Part shown: piece by piece, positions 1-6,950 of the stretch
How positions within the stretch are numbered: position 1 is the first letter of the stretch
Layout of the letters: each line of letters starts with the position of its first letter
UHGV virus genome: UHGV-0192375
Source: a virus
Reading direction: 5' to 3' (one strand)
Length of the DNA stretch: 40,542 nt
The notes under the pieces: model-generated
What the model was told of the DNA's origin: nothing
Database searches by the model: none
The model's input: the letters and a program-made list of their open reading frames with translations, nothing else
Made by a program: the position numbers and the translations under genes

Positions 1-185
1 ATTTTTCGACTATGCGGCGGCAATCACTCAGATTTGGTTTGCGAGTGCCATTTTCATAGTTCGAGATGCGCGATTGGCGCCACCCAAACATCAACGCCAA
101 TTGCTCTTGTGTTAGTCCGAGAGATTGTCTCTCACTCGCTATATTGTTCATATTTGACCTCGTGCTTATCGATGGACGGAATTAA

Positions 186-246
186 AACACGCTACGTGTT
201 TGAATGTCAACACCATATGTTTTTGAGTGATAACACGCTACGTGGT
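186..246 (+). promoter_or_regulatory. Two copies of a 13-bp palindromic operator (ACACGCTACGTGT at 187-199, ACACGCTACGTGG at 233-245) bracketing a putative promoter of the repressor gene
   Basis: Exact direct repeat of AACACGCTACGTG; each copy has inverted arms ACACG/CGTGT around a CTA centre; centres are 46 bp apart and the second copy ends 12 bp before the ATG at 258. Confidence 0.55.
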
Positions 247-257
247 AAAAAGAATTT

Positions 258-638
258 ATGAATACAAATGAACGAATTGCTGCGCGGCTTAAACAAGCCA
301 GAGAACAAAAGGGACTGTCTCAGAAGGCACTCGCAGAGCTGTGTGGGTGGGCTCAATCTCGGATTGGCAATTATGAATCGGCTAGCAGAGCTATTGGTAT
401 TGATGATGCGATCGCTCTGGCAAAAGCTCTACGAATACCACCGGCAGAGCTAATATTTGGGCCCGAATCAACTCAGGAGTGGATAACTCCGCAACATAGA
501 AAATTGATTGATTTGTTTGATCAGCTGCCTGAAGCCGAGCAAGAAAGGATGATCGATTTGTTTCAGGTTCGATTGAAAGAAATTGATGACTATGTGGAAA
601 AGTATCTGCGTGGTCGTTTTAAATCTTCTGAAGACTGA
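258..638 (+). CDS. XRE-family helix-turn-helix transcriptional regulator, probably the prophage A immunity repressor (126 aa, no S24 peptidase domain)
   Basis: N-terminal HTH_XRE signature (LKQAREQKGLSQKALAELCGWAQSRIGNYE); position and strand match a cI-like gene upstream of the pL-exo-xis-int operon; operators upstream. Confidence 0.75.
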   Translation: MNTNERIAARLKQAREQKGLSQKALAELCGWAQSRIGNYESASRAIGIDDAIALAKALRIPPAELIFGPESTQEWITPQHRKLIDLFDQLPEAEQERMIDLFQVRLKEIDDYVEKYLRGRFKSSED

Positions 639-656
639 TCGCCCTTAGCATCACTG

Positions 657-688
657 CAACCAGCCTGACGGCTGGTTTTTTTTGTTTC
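657..688 (+). terminator. Rho-independent terminator after the repressor gene
   Basis: GC stem AACCAGCC-TGAC-GGCTGGTT followed by a TTTTTTTT run. Confidence 0.8.
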
Positions 689-724
689 TTAACGCCCTAC
701 CTCAAAAAAATTTACCCGCCAAAA

Positions 725-770
725 ACACATCACGTGTTGACACAATATCACGACTTGGGTTTTACTATAA
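725..770 (+). promoter_or_regulatory. pL-like early promoter (TTGACA at 737-742) overlapped by an operator-like site ACACATCACGTGT (725-737)
   Basis: Consensus -35 hexamer; the operator-like site shares the ACAC...ACGTGT arms of the two operators upstream of the repressor; the -10 element is not confidently placed. Confidence 0.4.
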
Positions 771-909
771 ACACAGCACGGTCATCAAGGCAGGACGCCC
801 ACGAAGTAGCTGCCGGCGGCATACGAAACACCGGATGAGATGACAATACAATCGCGCAGCAGGTTTACCGTTCCGCCAGCCTGGCGTTAAAGGCACACAG
901 GAGTTAACC

Positions 910-1032
910 ATGATCGATTTCGCACGCAAAAAAACTGGCTGCCAAGCCGTTCGCTTAAATCTTTTTGAAGTACTGGTTCGTAAGCTTTGCTACTTACTGG
1001 CGCAAAAAGGCAATCCAGAGCTAAAAGCATGA
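910..1032 (+). CDS. Small basic ORF (40 aa), first gene of the early-left operon
   Basis: Strong SD AGGAG 6 nt upstream of the ATG; not in the supplied ORF track because <60 aa; its TGA stop overlaps the ATG of the next ORF (ATGA). Confidence 0.35.
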   Translation: MIDFARKKTGCQAVRLNLFEVLVRKLCYLLAQKGNPELKA

Positions 1033-1211
1033 GCTCGTTCTTTGCCCTGATCGTTACCGTCTGCGCCCTCACCGGGGAATGCTCAGACATCATGCTCGGT
1101 GTATACCAGACCAAATCTGGTTGTGATGCAGCTGCTAAAGAGCAGCACGTTAAAGGAGAGTGTTACCCGTACAAATCGGCTGACGACCAGCGGCCAGCCT
1201 TTAAGTTTTAA
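1029..1211 (+). CDS. Small cysteine-rich protein with N-terminal hydrophobic signal-like segment (60 aa)
   Basis: MSSFFALIVTVCALTG... hydrophobic N-terminus, 5 Cys; translationally coupled (ATGA) to the upstream 40-aa ORF; the competing ORF on the opposite strand (887..1114) is less protein-like. Confidence 0.4.
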   Translation: MSSFFALIVTVCALTGECSDIMLGVYQTKSGCDAAAKEQHVKGECYPYKSADDQRPAFKF

Positions 1212-1228
1212 TCGAGTTTTGACCAATG
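1209..1228 (+). repeat. Copy 1 of conserved 20-bp linker TAATCGAGTTTTGACCAATG (stop codon + 14 nt + ATG)
   Basis: Identical or near-identical sequence at 1732-1750 (+), 38351-38370 (-) and 39903-39922 (-). Confidence 0.8.
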
Positions 1229-1338
1229 GCTGTTACCAGCCTTATGCCAGGTGCACATGGCATCGTGATGGTAATACTGCCATCGCAACCAGACAGGAGA
1301 CGATGACCTGTTCTGGTTAAATTGGAAAAGTTAACTTT

Positions 1339-1367
1339 GCCCGCATCCAGTTGCGGGCCCTTTTTCC
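1339..1367 (+). terminator. Rho-independent terminator/attenuator just upstream of the 98-aa gene
   Basis: GCCCGCA-TCCAGT-TGCGGGC stem followed by CCTTTTTCC; the GGAGG RBS of the next gene follows immediately. Confidence 0.55.
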
Positions 1368-1376
1368 GGAGGGTAT

Positions 1377-1673
1377 ATGTCAGCAAACGATCTGGCACTG
1401 AAATTCAGCACTGCGCCAGCAGAACAGTTAATCGGCGTGTTGCCTGTACTTGAAGTTAAAGAGGCTCTCTACGATGAGGTTTCTGACGATGTGATGAATG
1501 AGGTTTGTACTGAGCACGGGTTTGAAATCGAATTTATCGAGCAGACCTGCAACGCCTTCGCCACAGCAATGAAACTTGCTATTAAGCAACCAGCCAAAGA
1601 AGCTCGCGCCACACTGAAAGCAGCATTAGAAGAGTACCCAGGATACGGGCGAGATCCAGACGTGTACTCTTAA
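1377..1673 (+). CDS. Hypothetical acidic phage early protein (98 aa)
   Basis: GGAGG RBS 5 nt upstream; reasonable codon usage; no recognisable domain. Confidence 0.6.
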   Translation: MSANDLALKFSTAPAEQLIGVLPVLEVKEALYDEVSDDVMNEVCTEHGFEIEFIEQTCNAFATAMKLAIKQPAKEARATLKAALEEYPGYGRDPDVYS

Positions 1674-1731
1674 AGCACAAAACCCGCGCAAGGCGGGTTA
1701 AGTACCCGGTCAGCCGACCAAAGCTTTCCGG

Positions 1732-1750
1732 AATCGAGTTTTGACCAATG
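1732..1750 (+). repeat. Copy 2 of conserved linker (G)AATCGAGTTTTGACCAATG
   Basis: 19/20 identical to copy 1; its ATG opens only a 9-codon ORF (ATGACCACT...). Confidence 0.8.
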
Positions 1751-1813
1751 ACCACTACCCAAGGCGGCAATCATTAGCTGCGGGTATCTTACAACCAAAA
1801 TTAAGGACCCGAT

Positions 1814-4378
1814 ATGGAATTTTTCTATTTTATTAAAGCAACCCAGAAATCAGGCAAAGAGGATGCCGTGATCTGGTTCACCGCTAAATCAGAAGCCCGC
1901 GCCAATTTGCAGTTGGATGTTGAGCTGGAAGATGCAGGCATTGAAACCGGCCGCGGCAAGGATTATGTCAAGCCTGTCCGCACCGATTTTCCGGTGTATA
2001 ACGACCTGCCTGAAGAAAGTGCAGTAGATTACACATGGTGCAAACGCTACGAATTGCAGGACGATGGACGCACCTGGCTGCCGAAGGCAACTGCTGAGTC
2101 TGTTGGAGCCGTGGACAATACTACCGCTCCGGAAACGACCGTTAAAGTTGAAACTATCGACGAGAGTGTGACGCTTGAAAACCGCACTCCAGCGGTACGT
2201 TTTGCCTTCCATCTGACCAGCGACAAATATCAGACGCATATCAGTAAAGAGCAGCAGCTGGCTGCCAGCGAAATATCACTGGATGAAGGCAACACCTATC
2301 TCCAGAATCTGCTACTGGCGAAGAATGACACCCCTGAAGTTGCCGAACTTAGCCTGAACGCTGAGTGGAAACTGATTCAGGCGATTAAGCAGGTATTCGC
2401 GCCAGATGAAGAGCACGAAGTAAAGCTACTTGCTACTTTCATGGCCGACTGGTTGAGAGTAGATGCCGGCGACCGCAATGAGTTAGTGAGAGAGTGGAGG
2501 AGCGGAAAGCTTACTCTGCTCAAATCAGAAAGAACCAGCGACGCCGGGGTTGAAACTGGTCATCATCTCGCAACTCATGATGGTATCCAGATCGGCGAGC
2601 ACGATGATGAAAACACCCGTTATCCAGTGTGCAGAATGCCGTTCCGTAAGCAGCTTCTTGCTCAGTTCACCACCGACGAACTGCGCCACCACGTAACCCG
2701 CGAAGAATACGAAGCTATCAGCGCGCTGGAGATGGACACTGACAACAGCTATGTTCAGAACCTGCTGCTGGCGGCAGAAAACTGCGAGGAAATTAAGGGT
2801 TACGATACCAAAGACCTCTGGCGCTACACCGACGCCATTCGCAAGGTGTTCAGCCAGGAGAAGCGTCACGAACTCGCTTTGGTTCTCCGTTTCACCAGAA
2901 TCTGGGCAGAGACAGATTACATAGATCGTGGCCTGCTGATTAAAGAATGGGGTAAGGGTAATCGGGTGAGCACGATTAATCGAACACCTTCCGGCGCGAA
3001 TGCTGGCGGCGGTAATAAAACCGACCGACTGACACCATTAACTAAAACGGGTCGAGATTACGAATTAGCAATGGGGCTACTGGCGCGTCGGTTTGAGTTT
3101 GATATTTACGCTCCATCTCTTGAAATTGACGTAAAAGCCAATGCCATCATGAACCTCAACTGGCCTGGCGAAGATGATGTTCTGGACGAGTTTCTGGCGA
3201 CATGCAAACTGTTTGACCAAATGCCAGGGGGTATGGATTATTCCCGCGCCTGTAACGTTGCAACAGTAAAAACCACCCCAGAAAATCTCTGGAAAGATCC
3301 GGTTAAACACCTCGAATATCTTAATCGTGTCATGACTGAAACCGATCATGCGCACCCTGATCAAACATTGGTTGATATCGCCTGTGGCCGCTCCTCCTTG
3401 CCTGTACCAATGGCTGATGTGGCGCAACCATCAACAGATGATGTTGATCGCCAGCTTGCTGTCGGTCGTGGGGAGTTCGTCCCAGGCATCAGTGACCGAG
3501 CAGATCCAAAATGGGACAGTGCCCACCGCCAACTGACCGCAACTCACGAAGAAAATTTACAGCGGGTTCGTGAAGAAGGCGCCCTTCAGCGGGCTAACGC
3601 TGTAACTAAAATATCAGCAGAAGAAATTCAGGAAGTGGAGACCACCAGCAATGTGCAGATGGAAGAAACTGGCAATGATGAAACCACGAACGACACTCCG
3701 TTATCAGAGGGCCAGGAAGAAGTTATCGCAGGCGAAAGCTCTACTGAAATTGATAGCAACGCAACTGCCCTAAATAATAATTCCGGTCATCATAATGATG
3801 ATGCGGCTGATATGCTCTTTACGCACCTTATGGTAGATGTTGAAAGCCTGGGCAAAAAGCCCGACGCGCCAATAGTTTCCATCGGAGCGGTATTCTTCGA
3901 CCCAGCATCGGGCCAGACGGGACCTGAGTTTTATAAGGTGATCTCTCTCGAATCGGCTATGGAATGGGGCGGCGTTCCTGATGCCTCTACGATCCTCTTC
4001 TGGTTGAAAGCAACTCCTGAAGCTCGCTCAGAGATTGTTATGGATCATGCCATCCCACTGGATGATGCCCTCCTCCAGTTCAAGGATTTTATCGCCGAGA
4101 ATGCAGCGAACGGCAAGGATTCAGTACAGGTCTGGGGAAATGGATCCAGCTTCGATAACGTCCTGCTTGAAAATTCATACGACCGAACCGGGATCCCTCG
4201 CCCCTGGAAATTCTGGAACAATCGTGACGTAAGAACCATCGTCGAACTGGGTAAAGCTGTGGGTTGTACGCCTCGCTACGAGATCCCTTTTGAAGGAGAA
4301 CCGCATAAGGCTATTTCAGACGCACTTCACCAGGTCAAATACGTGTCAGCAATCTGGCAACGTCTGATTTCAAACTGA
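1814..4378 (+). CDS. Large exonuclease (854 aa): RecE (exodeoxyribonuclease VIII) N-terminal-region homolog with an internal ~95-aa duplication, fused to a C-terminal DnaQ-like DEDDh 3'-5' exonuclease domain
   Basis: The C-terminal 200 aa carry the Exo I (MVDVESLG), Exo II (WGNGSSFDNVLLE) and Exo III (HKAISDALHQ) motifs. The N-terminal region shows RecE-like blocks (DYIDRGLLIKEWGKGNRVSTINRTPSGANAGGGN; DIACGRSS; GRGEFVPGISDRADPKW), recalled from memory and not aligned. Two internal repeats begin TYLQNLLLA and SYVQNLLLA. It occupies the exo/bet slot upstream of xis-int. Confidence 0.8.
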   Translation: MEFFYFIKATQKSGKEDAVIWFTAKSEARANLQLDVELEDAGIETGRGKDYVKPVRTDFPVYNDLPEESAVDYTWCKRYELQDDGRTWLPKATAESVGAVDNTTAPETTVKVETIDESVTLENRTPAVRFAFHLTSDKYQTHISKEQQLAASEISLDEGNTYLQNLLLAKNDTPEVAELSLNAEWKLIQAIKQVFAPDEEHEVKLLATFMADWLRVDAGDRNELVREWRSGKLTLLKSERTSDAGVETGHHLATHDGIQIGEHDDENTRYPVCRMPFRKQLLAQFTTDELRHHVTREEYEAISALEMDTDNSYVQNLLLAAENCEEIKGYDTKDLWRYTDAIRKVFSQEKRHELALVLRFTRIWAETDYIDRGLLIKEWGKGNRVSTINRTPSGANAGGGNKTDRLTPLTKTGRDYELAMGLLARRFEFDIYAPSLEIDVKANAIMNLNWPGEDDVLDEFLATCKLFDQMPGGMDYSRACNVATVKTTPENLWKDPVKHLEYLNRVMTETDHAHPDQTLVDIACGRSSLPVPMADVAQPSTDDVDRQLAVGRGEFVPGISDRADPKWDSAHRQLTATHEENLQRVREEGALQRANAVTKISAEEIQEVETTSNVQMEETGNDETTNDTPLSEGQEEVIAGESSTEIDSNATALNNNSGHHNDDAADMLFTHLMVDVESLGKKPDAPIVSIGAVFFDPASGQTGPEFYKVISLESAMEWGGVPDASTILFWLKATPEARSEIVMDHAIPLDDALLQFKDFIAENAANGKDSVQVWGNGSSFDNVLLENSYDRTGIPRPWKFWNNRDVRTIVELGKAVGCTPRYEIPFEGEPHKAISDALHQVKYVSAIWQRLISN

Positions 4379-4445
4379 TTATCAAAAATCAATATTCGCC
4401 AGCTGCCTCAACTATGATCGCAGCTGGCTGTCGAGAGTGATGGCT

Positions 4446-4709
4446 ATGAGCGAACAATATCTGATACCCCTGGCGGAGTGGAAGTCCGGACGATTCGGAT
4501 TTGAGATCACAAATACCACGCTGGTTAAGTATGGGAAGCTTGGCTATATCAATCCCAAACCTGAAAAAGTCCGTGGGCGATGGTGTGTTGACCGCAGCGC
4601 GATCTACGTCGGGCCAAGTGCTGCCGGGGTAGCTCCCGAAATTCACGAGGACGACGATGAAGCGTTGAAGGAGATCCTAAATCATGTCACCAAGGCCACG
4701 AAAAAATAG
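4446..4709 (+). CDS. xis: Excisionase (Xis)-like DNA-binding protein
   Basis: Small basic protein immediately upstream of int and overlapping it; SD GAGAG 8 nt upstream of the ATG at 4446 (the supplied ORF track starts at a GTG at 4437). Confidence 0.65.
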   Translation: MSEQYLIPLAEWKSGRFGFEITNTTLVKYGKLGYINPKPEKVRGRWCVDRSAIYVGPSAAGVAPEIHEDDDEALKEILNHVTKATKK

Positions 4710-5802
4710 CATATCTATACCCGGGCTTTATGCCCGGTTTGACCGCCGCACGGACAAAACTTATTACCAGTACAAAAATCCTGTCACCGGCAAATTCCAC
4801 GGGCTTGGTACCGACAAAGCCAAAGCGGAGAAAATCGCTGCTACAGCCAACCAGAGAATTGCAGCTGCTGAAGCCGATTACTTCCTTAAACAGATTGATG
4901 AAAAACCGGCAGCCAATAAAACTCGGGGAATTAGCCTTAAAGGCTGGGTCGTCAGGTACGAGAAAGTCCAGCGAACCAGGGTGAGCAATGGGGAGTTATC
5001 GGAAGGACGTTTCAAAGAAAAAATGAGGATGGCAAATTTGCTGGCAGAACGGCTGGGGAATCATCCATTGCGCAGCCTGGAGGTTCGTGATTTTTCCCTT
5101 CTCCTGGAAGAGTGGCTTGATAAAGGCCAAGCGAGTACAGCGCTGAATAATCGCGTGGTGTGGATAGATCTTTACCGTGAAGCGCAACATGCCGGTGAGG
5201 TACCGCCCGGCTGGAATCCCCCTGAGGCGACGCGTAAGCCAATACCAAAGGTTTCCCGCGCACGATTGAGCATTGAGGACTGGAAAGCGATTTTCAGCGT
5301 CGCTCCGGAAGGGCATTATATCCGCAACGCCATGTTGCTCGCATTGGTAGCCGGCCAGCGAAGAGAGGACATAGTCAGGATGAAATTCTCTGATGTGTGG
5401 GATGATCACTTACACGTGATCCAGGGAAAAACAGGGATGCGGCTGGCGTTACCGCTCTCACTTTACAGCGAAGCGGTCGGGATGACTCTCAGGGAAGTAA
5501 TCGCAGGTTGCCGGGACCGAATAGTAAGCCCGTATCTGATTCATAGCCAGCTACAGAAGAAAGGCCAGCCAATGAGCAAAGATAACCTGAGTGATTATTT
5601 TGCTGAAGCCAGGGATAAGGCGGGCATTAAACCACCGGAGGGAAAAACCCCAACAACATTTCACGAACAGCGCTCCCTGTCTGAACGTCTATATCGTGCT
5701 CAGGGGATCGACACGAAAACTCTGCTGGGTCATAAAGTACAGGCAACCACCGATAAATATAATGACACACGCGGGCAGGAATGGATCAAACTGGTCATTT
5801 GA
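4684..5802 (+). CDS. int: Tyrosine recombinase, lambda-family phage integrase
   Basis: C-terminal catalytic region (R...HEQRSLSERLY...LLGH...Y..D.RGQEW) closely resembles lambda Int; N-terminal arm-binding domain present; overlaps xis. Confidence 0.95.
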   Translation: MSPRPRKNSISIPGLYARFDRRTDKTYYQYKNPVTGKFHGLGTDKAKAEKIAATANQRIAAAEADYFLKQIDEKPAANKTRGISLKGWVVRYEKVQRTRVSNGELSEGRFKEKMRMANLLAERLGNHPLRSLEVRDFSLLLEEWLDKGQASTALNNRVVWIDLYREAQHAGEVPPGWNPPEATRKPIPKVSRARLSIEDWKAIFSVAPEGHYIRNAMLLALVAGQRREDIVRMKFSDVWDDHLHVIQGKTGMRLALPLSLYSEAVGMTLREVIAGCRDRIVSPYLIHSQLQKKGQPMSKDNLSDYFAEARDKAGIKPPEGKTPTTFHEQRSLSERLYRAQGIDTKTLLGHKVQATTDKYNDTRGQEWIKLVI

Positions 5803-5888
5803 ATGGCCGTTTTTTCCCGATCACGAGAAAAATTATTGTAAAATGCGCGGCCTTAGTGATGGTCGCTCTGTTCTACATCGGTCATTGG

Positions 5889-5925
5889 TTTTGGTGAAAA
5901 GTTTTGGAGAGATTTTGGAGAAGAG
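5889..5925 (+). repeat. Three tandem direct repeats TTTTGG(A/T)GA(A/G)A about 90-120 bp after int: candidate P'-arm integrase arm-type sites in the att region
   Basis: TTTTGGTGAAAA / TTTTGGAGAGA / TTTTGGAGAAG with 11-13 bp period; position is analogous to lambda P'1-P'3 between the core and int. Confidence 0.35.
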
Positions 5926-6073
5926 AAAAAATTGAATATTTTCAAGGCTCTGAAAACATCACGCCTTCTGAATAAGAAGGTGAGCGAGATCGACAATTAA
6001 TCATTATAAATCAAAACATTAAGCCGCATTTTTTAGCTTAAAACCATTGCTAATAAACGTTTTCCAAAAACTA

Positions 6074-6104
6074 CCAAACTCAAGCACTTACGCTTGAGTT
6101 TTGG
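6074..6104. other. Near-perfect inverted repeat CCAAACTCAAGC-ACTTAC-GCTTGAGTTTTGG in an AT-rich intergenic region (possible bidirectional terminator or att-associated structure)
   Basis: 12/13-bp arms with a 6-nt loop. Confidence 0.4.
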
Positions 6105-6138
6105 AGAACGGTTTTCGTAGATTCTAGCCCTCAAAATG

Positions 6139-6199
6139 AATAACCCCAATAACCCCAAAAGGGTTTGACTCTCCTCTGAGAAGGGGTTATTATAACCCC
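6139..6199 (+). promoter_or_regulatory. hicAB promoter (TTGACT 6165-6170, 17-nt spacer, TATTAT 6188-6193) embedded in AATAACCCC direct repeats (6139-6156) and a 17-bp near-palindrome GGGGTTATTATAACCCC (6183-6199) overlapping the -10
   Basis: Near-consensus sigma70 hexamers with optimal spacing about 30 nt upstream of the RBS; the palindrome is a likely HicB (RHH) operator. Confidence 0.6.
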
Positions 6200-6225
6200 A
6201 TCAAGACAACACAGAGAGCCGGAGG

Positions 6226-6405
6226 ATGGATAGCAGGAATGCAATAGCAATGATAGAAGCCGATGGGTGGTATCTGGTGAGAGTTAAAGGCAGTCATCAC
6301 CAGTTCAAACACCCAACGAAAAAGGGGCTGGTAACGGTAAAGCATCCACAGAAAGACATACCGTTACCAACACTGAAAAGCATCAAAAAACAGGCGGGGC
6401 TCTAA
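6226..6405 (+). CDS. hicA: HicA family mRNA-interferase toxin (59 aa)
   Basis: GGAGG RBS; MDSRNAIAMIEADGWYLVRVKGSHHQFKHP... shows the HicA fold signature (G-S-H-H); absent from the supplied ORF track because <60 aa. Confidence 0.85.
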   Translation: MDSRNAIAMIEADGWYLVRVKGSHHQFKHPTKKGLVTVKHPQKDIPLPTLKSIKKQAGL

Positions 6406-6426
6406 GCCCCCCTACTGGAGGTTTAC

Positions 6427-6837
6427 ATGTTGTACCCTGTTGCTATTGATAAAGGCGATTCATCCTTCGGCGTTCGCGTACCTGATATTCCTGGCTGCTT
6501 CTCTGGCGGTGATGATTATCAGGACGCGATTGAAAGCGTACGTGAAGCGATCGAAGCACATATTGAGTTGCTGGTTGAAGATGGCGAGGCCGTGCCCGAA
6601 GCAACGACCATCGAAAACTGGCTTTCCGATCCTGAATATGCCGGTGTGGTATGGGCCCTGGTTGATGTGGATATAACGCGCCTGATGGGGAAAGCGGAAA
6701 AAATCAATGTTACACTTCCGTCTCTGTTGATCCGTCGTATCGATCAGTTCGTGGCCGCGCATCCAGAATACGGCAGTCGGTCTGGCTTCCTGTCCCGCGT
6801 CGCAGCAGATAAAGTTGTCGGACTACAAAAACGATAA
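6427..6837 (+). CDS. hicB: HicB family antitoxin with C-terminal ribbon-helix-helix DNA-binding domain
   Basis: N-terminal HicB-like fold (MLYPVAIDKGDSSFGVRVPDIPGCFSGGDDYQDAIESVREAIEAHIE) and C-terminal RHH (INVTLPSLLIRRIDQFV); starts 22 nt after hicA. Confidence 0.85.
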   Translation: MLYPVAIDKGDSSFGVRVPDIPGCFSGGDDYQDAIESVREAIEAHIELLVEDGEAVPEATTIENWLSDPEYAGVVWALVDVDITRLMGKAEKINVTLPSLLIRRIDQFVAAHPEYGSRSGFLSRVAADKVVGLQKR

Positions 6838-6860
6838 GCCTCGAAAGAGGCTTTTGATTT
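6837..6860 (+). terminator. Rho-independent terminator after hicB
   Basis: AGCCTC-GAAA-GAGGCT stem followed by TTTGATTT. Confidence 0.7.
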
Positions 6861-6950
6861 GGTGCCAGCGTTACTGATAAGTTAGCATAGAGCAATTACT
6901 ACGTACTGGCGAAAGCGCCGAAATGCGCGCAAATTATAAGGATTTACACA

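Noticed and set aside
887-1114. Minus-strand 75-aa ORF overlapping the small + strand ORFs
   Set aside because: Antisense to the early-left operon, no RBS, non-protein-like composition. The + strand pair, with its AGGAG RBS and ATGA coupling, explains the region better.
4389-4646. Minus-strand 85-aa ORF overlapping xis
   Set aside because: Lies fully within the xis coding region on the opposite strand; no start context. Likely spurious.
5591-5935. 114-aa ORF overlapping the int 3' end and the att region
   Set aside because: Out-of-frame overlap with a confidently called integrase; extends into AT-rich intergenic DNA. No support.
5803-6225. Searched for a tRNA or tmRNA gene as integration target next to int
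   Set aside because: No cloverleaf-compatible sequence, CCA-end context or conserved T-loop (GTTCRANYC) seen. The att target is probably not a tRNA in this window.
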